Virus genome (UHGV): UHGV-0181047 | Source: a virus | Reading direction: 5' to 3' (one strand) | DNA length: 42,393 nt | Shown here: in pieces, positions 25,392 to 34,921 of the stretch | Numbering within the stretch: position 1 is the stretch's first letter | How the letters are laid out: each line of letters opens with the position of its first letter | Notes under the pieces: generated by a model | What the model saw: only the letters and a program-made list of their open reading frames with translations | What the model was told of the DNA's origin: nothing | The model's database searches: none | Program-made: the position numbers and the translations under genes

Positions 25392-26849
25392 ATGGGCTTA
25401 ATAACGTGGATAAAGGCGGTGTGGAATAGAGTGTTTAGGTCAGAGATTGTAAAAAGGTTTGAAACAGAAGTACAGCTGTCATCAGAAATGGAAGGCTGGA
25501 TTGATATATTTTACAGGATTACCAGCGGACATCCGATATGGGAAAGCAAAGAGGATGATATCGAAAGCATTAATTTTGCTGGATTTGTTGATGATGTAAC
25601 GGCGGGACTGGTAACACTAGATTTGGGCGTACAACTTCCGGAAACACCAAGAGGTCAGTATCTGCAGAAGCAAGCGGATTACGTGCTTCAGGTCATTGCA
25701 GATAAGGTATCAGAGGGCTTGGGTAACTGTGGTCTCATGTTTAAGCCAAATGGAACAACCATAGACTACATAGAGCCGGGGAATTTCGCACCCACAGACT
25801 CTGACAGCAACGGAAACATTTTAGGATGTGTTTTCCAGTCACAGATCAGCAGAGGCCAGTGGATATATACAAGGCTTGAATGGCATCGATTTGAAGAGAC
25901 AGAAGAAAGAAAGCTGTACAGGATTACAAATTACGCCTATAAAGCTAAAAAAGCACAGGGCACAGGCAATGTTAGGGAAAAACTGGGAGATCCGTGCCCA
26001 CTGACAGAAGTAAAAGAGTGGGCAGGTATTGCACCTGACATTTATCTGGATAACGTTGAAAAGCCATTATTTGCTTACTTCAAGAACCCGGCGCCCAACC
26101 GGTTTGACCGGAGCAGTCCTTTGAGCGTACCGCTTTGGCATAATGCAATCAAAGAACTGAGAGATCTTGATATAGCCTGGAGCCGAAAAGGTACGGAAAT
26201 GGAAGACAGTAAACATATACTGTTTATGCCATTTAGTACTATCCGGTATGCGGAGACGAAGGGAAGCAGAATCAAGGATAAAAACCAAGAGGATAAGATA
26301 TCACTTCCAAGGTTTGTAAAAGGCGTTGAGGTCGGTGTAGGTGTAAACAGCGATAACATGATCCATGAACATGTTGCCACACTTCTGACAGATCAGCGTA
26401 TCAAGGATATCAACTCTATATTGGCTATGATCTCAACAAAATGCGGATTCAGCCAGGGAATGTTTGTTCTGGATGAAAAGACCGGCATGGTCACAGCTAC
26501 CCAGGTAGAAGCAGATGACCAGGAGACGATCCGGACGGTCAAGAATCTTCGTGATGCACTGGAAAGCACAATCAAGGATCTGCTGTATGCTTTGAATGTC
26601 TTTGCAGACCTCTACACCGACACACCAGCGGAGGCTTGGGACAGGCTGATGGACCAGACAACCTTCAATTTCGGGGATATCACATACTCATACAACGAAG
26701 ATCGTGCAAACTGGTGGAACTATGTAGTCCAGAAATACATGCCTGCATGGCTCTACTTTAAGAAGTTTGAAGGCATGGAAGAGGAAGAGGCCAAGGCCTA
26801 TGTGGAAGAAGCCCAGCCGAAAGAAACAGGACTTTTTGAGGAGGAGTAA
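25392..26849 (+). CDS. Portal protein
   Basis: 485 aa immediately after TerL; acidic C-terminus. Confidence 0.7.
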   Translation: MGLITWIKAVWNRVFRSEIVKRFETEVQLSSEMEGWIDIFYRITSGHPIWESKEDDIESINFAGFVDDVTAGLVTLDLGVQLPETPRGQYLQKQADYVLQVIADKVSEGLGNCGLMFKPNGTTIDYIEPGNFAPTDSDSNGNILGCVFQSQISRGQWIYTRLEWHRFEETEERKLYRITNYAYKAKKAQGTGNVREKLGDPCPLTEVKEWAGIAPDIYLDNVEKPLFAYFKNPAPNRFDRSSPLSVPLWHNAIKELRDLDIAWSRKGTEMEDSKHILFMPFSTIRYAETKGSRIKDKNQEDKISLPRFVKGVEVGVGVNSDNMIHEHVATLLTDQRIKDINSILAMISTKCGFSQGMFVLDEKTGMVTATQVEADDQETIRTVKNLRDALESTIKDLLYALNVFADLYTDTPAEAWDRLMDQTTFNFGDITYSYNEDRANWWNYVVQKYMPAWLYFKKFEGMEEEEAKAYVEEAQPKETGLFEEE

Positions 26850-28075
26850 TGCTTGATTCAGAATATCTCTTGAAAGTATCGGAAGGCGCTGAGAACATAG
26901 CGGCAAGCCTCCATGAATACATTATCACGCAGATTGTAGACCGAATGATGCTGCGGATCGGCAAAGGCCGTGACTATCTCTTTACAGCATCGGACCGCTG
27001 GCGCGTACAGATTCTTCAGGATGCCGGATACCTGTACAGTGATATCATAAAAGAGATTGCTGCATATACAGGCAAACAAAGAAAAGAGATAAAATCGGCC
27101 ATGGAGGAAGCCGGCATAAAAGCCATTGAAAAAGATGACAAGATCTACGAAACAGCAGGACTGTCACCGATCCCACTTGAGCAGTCCCCTGTGCTGATCC
27201 GTCTTATGGAAAGAAACATGGAAGCGACCATGGGAGAGTGGAAAAACTATACCAGGACAACGGCAGAGGCAGCACAGAAACTTTTTCTTAACGAGTGCGA
27301 TAATGCGTACAACAAGGTCATGAGCGGGGCTACAGCGTACACACAGGCTGTCAGAGAGGCCATTGAGAGTGTTGCAGCAGGCGGCGTAACGGTAGAATAT
27401 TCTTCCGGGCATAAAGACACCATAGAAACAGCGGTGGCCCGTGCGGTAAGAACCGGAATATCACAAGCAGCAGCACAGATCTCTGTTAAACGCATGGATG
27501 AAATGGACTGGGATATCGTGCTTGTCTCGGCTCATGTAGGGGCAAGAACCGGGGACGGTCAGGAAAATGCGGCCAATCATCACTGGTGGCAGGGAAAGTT
27601 CTATACACGGACCGGGAAAGACACAAGGTTTCAGCCCTTGTCAGTGACCGGATATGGAACTGGAGAAGGGCTGTGCGGATGGAATTGCCGTCATAGCCTC
27701 GGCCCCGGAGACGGAGTAAATAACCCATATACCGCTTTGGCACAAGACGATGATGCAGATGCGGGCAAGCTGGAGAAGTTGGAAAAACGACAGAGAGAGC
27801 TGGAAAGAAGGATACGTAAAACCAAAAGGGCAGTATTAGCCATGCAACATGCGGTGGATCAGTGCAAAGATGAGCCAGTACGATTTGAGCTGCAGCTGGG
27901 ACTGGATAAAAAATCATATCTCTTGCAAAAACAAAATGATGGATATAAAGAATTTTGCCAAAACAACAATCTGCGGCCGCTGAGTGAAAGACTGCAGATA
28001 GCAAAGTGGGGAAGAGAGCAGGCGGCAAAAGCCAGAGGAGCGGCTAAAAGATATGAGGCTGCAAAGGGGGCGTAA
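26849..28075 (+). CDS. Head morphogenesis protein (SPP1 gp7 / Mu F-like)
   Basis: GEGLCGWNCRHSLGP motif typical of the Phage_Mu_F family; position after portal. Confidence 0.75.
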   Translation: MLDSEYLLKVSEGAENIAASLHEYIITQIVDRMMLRIGKGRDYLFTASDRWRVQILQDAGYLYSDIIKEIAAYTGKQRKEIKSAMEEAGIKAIEKDDKIYETAGLSPIPLEQSPVLIRLMERNMEATMGEWKNYTRTTAEAAQKLFLNECDNAYNKVMSGATAYTQAVREAIESVAAGGVTVEYSSGHKDTIETAVARAVRTGISQAAAQISVKRMDEMDWDIVLVSAHVGARTGDGQENAANHHWWQGKFYTRTGKDTRFQPLSVTGYGTGEGLCGWNCRHSLGPGDGVNNPYTALAQDDDADAGKLEKLEKRQRELERRIRKTKRAVLAMQHAVDQCKDEPVRFELQLGLDKKSYLLQKQNDGYKEFCQNNNLRPLSERLQIAKWGREQAAKARGAAKRYEAAKGA

Positions 28076-28114
28076 ACAATGTGGTATAGAAAAGGTTGCT
28101 GATGGAGGCATAAG

Positions 28115-28420
28115 ATGGAGATTGCAAGGATTTTACAAGATGTGCTTGCTGTGTGTGGCGGGATATCGATCATAGGTGGAGCAGTAACGGTAGTGCATAA
28201 GTGGATAGCCCCAGCCATAAAGCTCAACGAGCGGGTAGAAGTGCTGGAGGACCATGACCGAAAAGATTTTGAGACGCTGAAAAGGATATCAGAAAGAGAC
28301 TCACTGATCCTGGAAGTGCTTTTGACCATGCTAGACAATCAGATCGTGGGGGACAATACAGAACAGCTAAAAAAAACGAAAGAGAAGCTGACGGCCTATC
28401 TGGCGCAGAACCAAAAGTGA
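28115..28420 (+). CDS. Small membrane protein
   Basis: N-terminal TM VLAVCGGISIIGGAVTVV. Confidence 0.4.
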   Translation: MEIARILQDVLAVCGGISIIGGAVTVVHKWIAPAIKLNERVEVLEDHDRKDFETLKRISERDSLILEVLLTMLDNQIVGDNTEQLKKTKEKLTAYLAQNQK

Positions 28421-28647
28421 TCATTGAGCTGATAAGGAGTGTACTTTTGAAAGTCTATGATTTTACAGAGCCGGAGCTGGAGATATTCCGGCAATACTGT
28501 AATTTTACAAAGGACGAAAGAGTGCTATTTGAATACCGATCAAAGGGAGTGCCGCTGGACCGGTGTGCAGAGGCCATGAATGTAAGTGTGGCAACGGCTA
28601 AGAGGATAAGCAGGCGGGTAAATGCCAAAATCATACGGATATGCTAA
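28417..28647 (+). CDS. Sigma-70 region-4-like / ArpU-like small regulator
   Basis: LDRCAEAMNVSVATAKRISRRVNAKI C-terminal HTH. Confidence 0.5.
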   Translation: MIIELIRSVLLKVYDFTEPELEIFRQYCNFTKDERVLFEYRSKGVPLDRCAEAMNVSVATAKRISRRVNAKIIRIC

Positions 28648-28669
28648 AAAGAAAATGTAATACTTTTTT

Positions 28670-28703
28670 GAGCCTTTGGTGAACTGCCGCAGGCTCTTTT
28701 TTT
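28670..28703 (+). terminator. Rho-independent terminator
   Basis: gagcct...aggctc + ttttttt. Confidence 0.45.
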
Positions 28704-28745
28704 ATGCCATAATATCCATACAGACCAAGGAAGGGAGAGGGACAC

Positions 28746-29186
28746 ATGAGTGGATATGACCCATATTTAGGTGCAATGGGAAGCTTTCAGGCTGACCAGG
28801 CTATGCTGCAGCAGCGCATCAACCAGTTGGAGCAGATGAAGAGACAGCAGTATCAGCAGCCATATCAGCCAGTTGCACCGGTGCAAAACGTCAACTGGAT
28901 ACAGGTGGCTGGACTGGAAGGCGCAAGAAATCAGATCGTGCAGCCAGGAAACACAGCATGGATGATGGATAACAATGCTCCTGTCTTCTATGTGAAGGCA
29001 GTGGACGGCATGGGAAGCGCCACACTTAAAGCGTTCCGCTTCCAGGAAGTACCGCCAGAGTCTCTGACGGCAATACAGACGGTTCCTAACGGGAAAGACG
29101 ATAAATATGTCACACGAGAGGAATTTAATGCCTTTTTGACGCGATTAGGAGAAAAACCAGAAGAAAGGGAGACTGAGCATGAATAA
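28746..29186 (+). CDS. Gln-rich hypothetical protein
   Basis: GGGAGAGGGA RBS; Q-rich N-terminus. Confidence 0.4.
   Translation: MSGYDPYLGAMGSFQADQAMLQQRINQLEQMKRQQYQQPYQPVAPVQNVNWIQVAGLEGARNQIVQPGNTAWMMDNNAPVFYVKAVDGMGSATLKAFRFQEVPPESLTAIQTVPNGKDDKYVTREEFNAFLTRLGEKPEERETEHE
28871..28886. repeat. Palindrome copy AGTTGCACCGGTGCAA
   Basis: inside CDS 28746..29186. Confidence 0.6.
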
Positions 29187-29436
29187 TCCGTTGATTGGAA
29201 TGTTGGGCGGAAGAAACAACCCTATGGCTGCAATGGGACAGGCCATGCAGATGGTCAACCAGATCAGGCAGTCAGGAAACCCACAGGCGGCCATTACTAT
29301 GATGGCCCAACAGAATCCAAATGTGAAAAAAGCTATGGAGATGTGCCAGGGTAAAAACCCGGAGCAGGTCTTTAAACAGATGTGCCAGCAAAATGGCATA
29401 GATCCCGGACAGTTTACCGGGATGATGGGGCGATAA
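29179..29436 (+). CDS. Met/Gln-rich low-complexity small protein
   Basis: MAAMGQAMQMVNQIRQ...MMAQQNPN. Confidence 0.35.
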   Translation: MNNPLIGMLGGRNNPMAAMGQAMQMVNQIRQSGNPQAAITMMAQQNPNVKKAMEMCQGKNPEQVFKQMCQQNGIDPGQFTGMMGR

Positions 29437-29521
29437 TTCCCAAGTGGGAAAAATCGGATATAAAGCTATCATGACCGGAGCGCGCCCGGTTTGATAAATA
29501 AAAAGCAAGGAGACTCACAAA

Positions 29522-30211
29522 ATGACAGACGGAATGTTAAGCGCTGCTGACGTAGCGGCAGTGACACGCAATAATGACGGATGTAATGACATGTGGGGCG
29601 GCGGTGGCTGGTGGATCTGGATCATACTGATTGCGTTCCTGTTCCCGATGATGGGCGGATGGAACCGCAACGGCGTTGAGACCGGCGTACAGGACAACTT
29701 CATCTCTGATGAATTTGTTAAGCGTGATATCTTCAACACCAACCAGAACGTAAGCAACACTGCATGCCAGACCCAGAGAGATGTACTTGAGAACCGTTAT
29801 AGCGCACAGTTAGGGTTCCAGAATCTTGGAACCCAGGTGCAGATAGGTAACTGCAATACACAGAAAGAAGTGCTTCAGAACCGCTATGATGCGGCACTAA
29901 TGGCACAGAACATCCAGGCGCAGATGGCTCAGTGCTGCTGCGACATAAAAGAAAGCATCTTAGCAGACGGACAGGCAACCCGCCAGCTGATGCAGGAAAA
30001 TACAATCCAGGGACTTCGCGACAAGCTGGCAGACCGAGACAGAGACCTTCAGACAGCATACTGGCAGATCTCCCAGGTCAACCAGACTAAGAACATTGTA
30101 GATGCAGTAAGACCTACACCAGTACCGGCGTACATCACAACCTCCCCGTATTTTGCTTACAATAACGGATGTGGATTTGGTGGATGCTGCGGAAGCGGTA
30201 GCGCACTGTGA
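29522..30211 (+). CDS. Membrane protein with Gln/Asn-rich domain and Cys/Gly-rich C-terminus
   Basis: TM WWIWIILIAFLFPMMGG; C-terminal GCGFGGCCGSGS. Confidence 0.45.
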   Translation: MTDGMLSAADVAAVTRNNDGCNDMWGGGGWWIWIILIAFLFPMMGGWNRNGVETGVQDNFISDEFVKRDIFNTNQNVSNTACQTQRDVLENRYSAQLGFQNLGTQVQIGNCNTQKEVLQNRYDAALMAQNIQAQMAQCCCDIKESILADGQATRQLMQENTIQGLRDKLADRDRDLQTAYWQISQVNQTKNIVDAVRPTPVPAYITTSPYFAYNNGCGFGGCCGSGSAL

Positions 30212-30426
30212 TAAGCACAAAAGAAATAACGGCCCTGGATCTGCTCAACCTGTTTGGAGTTTTCTTACAAACGATGAACTACCAGAGCGATCTGTCACAG
30301 GCCTCAAACGCAGACCTGGCAAAGCACTTGCAGGAGCAGGACCGTCAGTATCTGGATAAAATTTTGGAAAACCAAAAAAAGATCATAAGCATGTTAGAGG
30401 AGTCTAAGGCCGTAAAAGAGCGGTAG
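30208..30426 (+). CDS. Hypothetical small protein
   Basis: ORF, followed by hairpin plus T-tract. Confidence 0.35.
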   Translation: MISTKEITALDLLNLFGVFLQTMNYQSDLSQASNADLAKHLQEQDRQYLDKILENQKKIISMLEESKAVKER

Positions 30427-30482
30427 TGCTTTAAAGGAGAGCTGGATTCCGGCCCTCCTTTTTTGATGGAAAGGAGCAAAAA

Positions 30483-30911
30483 ATGTTAAATGCAATCAAC
30501 GTAGCGGCTCAGACAGTCGCAGCAACCCAGAATGTGCTTTTTAGCAACACCAGGATACAGTCCCGCAGATGCGCATGTACCGGAGGATGGTTGAACCATC
30601 TGGATGGAAGCGGGATCTTTACAGTGACCAACCGCACAAATCAGCCCATGGTGATAGAAGTAGGATTTAACGCAAACGTTACGGCGGCAGCAGCGGGAGC
30701 CACTGCACTTACGTTAAAACTAAACGGAGAGTCTATCGGTGGAACAGAGATGGATTACACAGTAGCCACTGCGAATGTATACAGCAATGTGGGAGCGGCA
30801 GCACTGATCCAGATCCCGGCGGGAAGCAGCCTGACTGTAACGGTAGGAAATATCTCTACAACGGAAGTACTGGTAAAAGATGCAAACATCATCATAAAAA
30901 AAATAGCGTAG
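30483..30911 (+). CDS. Hypothetical Ala/Thr-rich beta-rich protein (possible decoration/fibre)
   Basis: AGGAG RBS; TALTLKLNGESIGG...SSLTVTVGN. Confidence 0.4.
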   Translation: MLNAINVAAQTVAATQNVLFSNTRIQSRRCACTGGWLNHLDGSGIFTVTNRTNQPMVIEVGFNANVTAAAAGATALTLKLNGESIGGTEMDYTVATANVYSNVGAAALIQIPAGSSLTVTVGNISTTEVLVKDANIIIKKIA

Positions 30912-30920
30912 GAGGGGCGT

Positions 30921-31502
30921 ATGATTACCTTCAAGAGCAAAAAAGAAGTGCAGACGGCAGAGGATGTATTTGCCGAAATGAATGCTAGACAGGTAGCTGC
31001 GCTGATGCTGCATGACCAGATGGCGAATTACTTTGCGTTCTTGGGCTTGAGCGGGTATAAAAGGCTGCATGAGCATCAGTACCAGGAAGAAGGAAAAGAA
31101 AGGAGAAAGCTTAACCGGTATTACATCACACGCCATAAAAGACTGATACCGGAACGCTTTGAAGGAACCGTGTCAGAAATTCCGGAAGCCTGGTGGAATG
31201 CAAATGCGATGAGTGTAGGCCGCTCTACCAAACAGAAAGCTGTAGAAGATGGCTTTAACGCATACAGAGAGTGGGAAGAGGAGACAAAAGAACTGTACAG
31301 CCATTACTCCAAAAGATTGAGAGAAATGGGGCAGACTGCTGATGCACTGTATGTTGATAAGATTGTGGAAAAGGTGGATGAAGAGCTGGAAAATCTGGAT
31401 AAGATCATCCTTGCGCTGATATCTACAGGATACGATATGGTCTACGTTGTAGAAAGCCAGAAAAAGATACATGAGCATTACAAGAAAAGGGAAGGTGACT
31501 AA
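30921..31502 (+). CDS. Hypothetical protein
   Basis: GGAGGGG RBS. Confidence 0.4.
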   Translation: MITFKSKKEVQTAEDVFAEMNARQVAALMLHDQMANYFAFLGLSGYKRLHEHQYQEEGKERRKLNRYYITRHKRLIPERFEGTVSEIPEAWWNANAMSVGRSTKQKAVEDGFNAYREWEEETKELYSHYSKRLREMGQTADALYVDKIVEKVDEELENLDKIILALISTGYDMVYVVESQKKIHEHYKKREGD

Positions 31503-31928
31503 ATGAGTGAGATCGTAAAAGTGCTTGAAAGACAGCTGGAAAAGGAAAAGGCTGCGGCGGTAGAAAAACTGACAATCAGTAACCTGGATGCCATAGCAAA
31601 AATAACCACGATACTTTGCAACATGAAATGCCTGGAACGTGATACGTGGGAAAGTGCGCCGGTGGCAGAGGCTGCAGAAAGCATTATAAAGAAATATTCC
31701 AATGGCCGGTATGATCATAATATAGATGCGCTGTACGATGCCTATATTGCAGCCAAACAGGCTTATAAGCAGAACGGAGACCAGGGACATAAAGATAAAC
31801 TTATGGAGGCAGTAGGACGATTGATGGTGGAGATCTATGATATGCTGTCTTCCATGGTAGTGGACTCGGATTTTCTGGATGAAAGAAAAGAGATACAGAG
31901 ACAGATCAGAAAACTGGCAGATATGTAA
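31503..31928 (+). CDS. Hypothetical protein
   Basis: overlapping start/stop with upstream ORF. Confidence 0.4.
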   Translation: MSEIVKVLERQLEKEKAAAVEKLTISNLDAIAKITTILCNMKCLERDTWESAPVAEAAESIIKKYSNGRYDHNIDALYDAYIAAKQAYKQNGDQGHKDKLMEAVGRLMVEIYDMLSSMVVDSDFLDERKEIQRQIRKLADM

Positions 31929-32181
31929 AATGTGCTATCAGTAAAAAAAGAAAAATATGATATGCTGACCATGTGGGGTGAGTGGACCCACAGATCATGG
32001 TATCCTCCTGACTTGATATGCGTCCTTAAAATAAACGGCTTCGGCCGGAGGTTGAAAAGCGGATGAGATTTCCGGCGCATATCCTGCAGCTGTTCCCCCT
32101 TTACAGCTGCATTTCTCCTCCTTTCGGTGTGCGAGAGCATAGCACGTAAAGAATATTGCTAACCGGCAAAATGCCGGTTAA

Positions 32182-32254
32182 GGACCGCTATCTCAGCTGG
32201 AAGAGAAGCCGCCTCATAAGCGGCGGGTCCTGGGTTCGAATCCCAGGTGGTCCA
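32182..32254 (+). tRNA. tRNA with CAU anticodon (elongator Met or Ile2 type)
   Basis: Hand-folded cloverleaf: acceptor GGACCGC/GTGGTCC (one G-U), D-stem TCTC/GAGA with GG loop, anticodon stem GCCGC/GCGGC, loop CTCATAA, T-arm CTGGG-TTCGAAT-CCCAG, discriminator A. Confidence 0.8.
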
Positions 32255-32318
32255 TTTTGCCGGAGGATTACCGGATCAATCTATTGCCGCAATGCGGTCA
32301 AAAATGCAAGGAGGGCAT

Positions 32319-32951
32319 ATGCAGAACTATGAACAGATCTTACAGGAACTGGGAATTGAGGTTCCGGAAGACAAAAAGGAAGATCTTAAAAAGAAAATGG
32401 CTGAAAGCTACTGTACAGTAGATGAGTACAACAAAGCAGTAGAGAAACGGGATGAGTATAAAACATCGCTGGAAAACGTCCAGCAGGAGTTGGAAGGCTT
32501 TAAAGACATAGATGTAGATGACTTAAAGAGCCAGATCACAACGCTCACATCTCAGCTTGATGATGAGAAGAAAGCCCGTGCTGCAGATGCCAGAAAGGTA
32601 GAAGTAGAAAAGACAGTCAACGAATTTCTTGCGTCTACCAATGACAAGGGCGAAAAGATGTATGAGTTCCTGAATGGTATCACAGAGGACCATTACCGTG
32701 CAGCTTTGATGGAGGAACTTGACAAAGACACTGCAAAGGGTAAGTCTATCAATGATATCTTTAAGGGCATGATCACCGATAAAGATGGCAACCAGAAGAC
32801 AGGTATTTTTGTAGATAAGCAGCAGCAGAATCGGGCACATTTTACCCATCCTACTGGGCAGCTGAAACCAGACGGATATAAATATTCAATGTCTGAGCTG
32901 ATGAAAATGAAAAACGAAAACCCTAATTTAGATATCAAGCAGTATATGTAA
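32319..32951 (+). CDS. Capsid scaffolding protein
   Basis: ATG 32319 after AAGGAGGG; charged coiled-coil composition; immediately upstream of major capsid gene. Confidence 0.6.
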   Translation: MQNYEQILQELGIEVPEDKKEDLKKKMAESYCTVDEYNKAVEKRDEYKTSLENVQQELEGFKDIDVDDLKSQITTLTSQLDDEKKARAADARKVEVEKTVNEFLASTNDKGEKMYEFLNGITEDHYRAALMEELDKDTAKGKSINDIFKGMITDKDGNQKTGIFVDKQQQNRAHFTHPTGQLKPDGYKYSMSELMKMKNENPNLDIKQYM

Positions 32952-33029
32952 CTTAAAAACCGACGGATCCAGAGAGAACCGCCGCTAACCTATAGACCTT
33001 TTAAGAGCTATAGGTAGAAAGGATTTTTT

Positions 33030-34103
33030 ATGGCATTATTTGACTTAAAGAATTTTAATGGTGAAGTATTTGGCGCATACGTAGACACAGTGCCGAACCT
33101 TAACCGTAACGCACTTCTTAAATCTGGCGCACTTGTGGAGAAACCACAGTACGCATCTATGCTCCCGGATCAGACCGGTGGCAATTATATTACAATCCCG
33201 ATCAAAGCAAGGATCAGCGGTACTCCAGAGAACTATGACGGTGCAACCAATATTACCGCAGATTCCAGAGACACATACACCCATGGCAGGATCGTTGTAG
33301 GCCGCGCACATGGCTGGACAGAAAAAGACTTTGCTTCTGACATTACAGGAGAGGACTTCATGCCTGCAGCCGAAGAGGTAGCAGAATACTGGGATGATAT
33401 CGACCAGGCTACTTTACTGGCGACCCTGAAAGGTGTCTTTGCCATGACTGGCACTGAAAACAAGAAATTTGTTGATGCCCATACCTATGATATCACTGGA
33501 AACAAGGCTGATGCAGACAATAAATTCAATGAGACAACCCTCAACAATGCGATCCAGCAGGCTCTTGGTGATAATAAATCAAAGTTTGCCCTGGCTATCA
33601 TGCATTCACAGGTAGCAACCAATCTGGAGAACCTGAAGCTTGTAGCCTATATGAAAGGCACAGATGCGGATGGTATTGAAAGAGAGCTTACCCTTGCAAC
33701 CTTAAATGGCAGAACTGTCCTCATTGATGACAATATGCCTACCAAAGAGGTAACTGTTCCAGAATCTTCCAGTGATGCAGGAGACGGCTATACTTACACT
33801 GCGTATACAACATATGTTCTGGGTGTAGGTGCTATCGAGTACACCAATTGCGGGGCAAAAGTACCATATGAAATGGACAGAGATCCAAGCACCAATGGCG
33901 GTGAAGATACACTGTATTCCAGACAGAGAAAAGTGTTCTCCCCATATGGCATCAGTTTCAAGAATACATCTATTGTATCCCCAACAGATGCTCAGCTTGA
34001 AAATGGTGCAAACTGGGAGCTGGCAAACAACAACTCTGCTACCACTAAGAAGTATTTCCCACATAAGGCGATTGCAATCGCACAGATCGTAACCAGAGGC
34101 TAA
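33030..34103 (+). CDS. Major capsid protein
   Basis: 357 aa after scaffold; position and composition. Confidence 0.7.
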   Translation: MALFDLKNFNGEVFGAYVDTVPNLNRNALLKSGALVEKPQYASMLPDQTGGNYITIPIKARISGTPENYDGATNITADSRDTYTHGRIVVGRAHGWTEKDFASDITGEDFMPAAEEVAEYWDDIDQATLLATLKGVFAMTGTENKKFVDAHTYDITGNKADADNKFNETTLNNAIQQALGDNKSKFALAIMHSQVATNLENLKLVAYMKGTDADGIERELTLATLNGRTVLIDDNMPTKEVTVPESSSDAGDGYTYTAYTTYVLGVGAIEYTNCGAKVPYEMDRDPSTNGGEDTLYSRQRKVFSPYGISFKNTSIVSPTDAQLENGANWELANNNSATTKKYFPHKAIAIAQIVTRG

Positions 34104-34116
34104 GGAGGTTTCCGGC

Positions 34117-34599
34117 ATGGCATATGCTGATTATACATTTTATACAAAAGAGTATTTCGGCAATGCTGTGCCGGAATCTGATTTTCCAAGATGTGCAGAA
34201 CGGGCATCAGACTGGATTGATACGATCACATTTGACCATATCCAGTCGGAAGAACTGGCAGAGGAAGAGAAAGCCATGAAACGGATCAGGAAAGCGGTCT
34301 GCGCCATAGCTGAAATCCTTTATCAGATGGATCTTGCTCAGAGGCAGGCGATAAATATCGCAAGTTGCACCGGTGCAACCGGAAAAGGCGGGATCATAAC
34401 ATCCAGATCTGCCGGAAGTGAGTCGATTTCTTATGCCAGTCCCCAGCAGATGGGAACAGGCGCAAAGGAATGGAGTGCAACCTATTCAGCTGCAGGAGAT
34501 GCACAGAAAACGAATGATTTACTAACAAAGACTGCACTGCCGTATCTGATGGGGATAAGAACCAAAGACGGAATGCCAGTGTTATATGCAGGAGTGTGA
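34117..34599 (+). CDS. Head-tail connector/adaptor-like protein
   Basis: MAYADYTFYTKEYFGNAV... N-terminus typical of gp6/gp15-like adaptors; position after MCP. Confidence 0.45.
   Translation: MAYADYTFYTKEYFGNAVPESDFPRCAERASDWIDTITFDHIQSEELAEEEKAMKRIRKAVCAIAEILYQMDLAQRQAINIASCTGATGKGGIITSRSAGSESISYASPQQMGTGAKEWSATYSAAGDAQKTNDLLTKTALPYLMGIRTKDGMPVLYAGV
34363..34380. repeat. Palindrome copy AGTTGCACCGGTGCAACC
   Basis: inside connector-like CDS, different reading frame from the 28871 copy. Confidence 0.6.
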
Positions 34600-34604
34600 T
34601 CAAT

Positions 34605-34919
34605 ATGAAAAAATTATTTATTTCCCAGCCTATGAGGGGGAAATCAGATGAAGAGATCCTTAAGGTAAGAGAAAAAGCAATTAAAAGCGCAGAAAAACAG
34701 ATCGGTGAACCGGTGGAAGTTGTTGACTCTTTCTTCCAGAAAGCACCGAAAGATGCAACACCCCTCTGGTATTTGGGTGAATCCATTTTACTTTTGGCAA
34801 AAGCTGATGTTGCATATTTTGTCAAAGGCTGGGATAAATTCAGAGGATGCAAGATCGAGAACATGTGTGCTATCGAATATGGTATTGAAACTATCATTGA
34901 AGATTACACGGAGGAATAA
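34605..34919 (+). CDS. DUF4406-like (nucleoside deoxyribosyltransferase-fold) protein
   Basis: LFISQPMRG...ADVAYFVKGWDKFRGCKIENMCAIEYGI matches DUF4406 pattern (IY.AGPM.G ... CDA....GW..S.G...E...A..LG). Confidence 0.5.
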   Translation: MKKLFISQPMRGKSDEEILKVREKAIKSAEKQIGEPVEVVDSFFQKAPKDATPLWYLGESILLLAKADVAYFVKGWDKFRGCKIENMCAIEYGIETIIEDYTEE

Positions 34920-34921
34920 AG

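Noticed and set aside
1328-31790. Numerous minus-strand ORFs inside large plus-strand genes (e.g. 1328..1567, 1745..1963, 14251..14487, 15273..15761, 15994..16533, 27486..28028, 31173..31790, 38890..39207)
   Set aside because: They are antisense to well-supported genes, lack RBSs and have skewed low-complexity composition, so they are likely frame artefacts.
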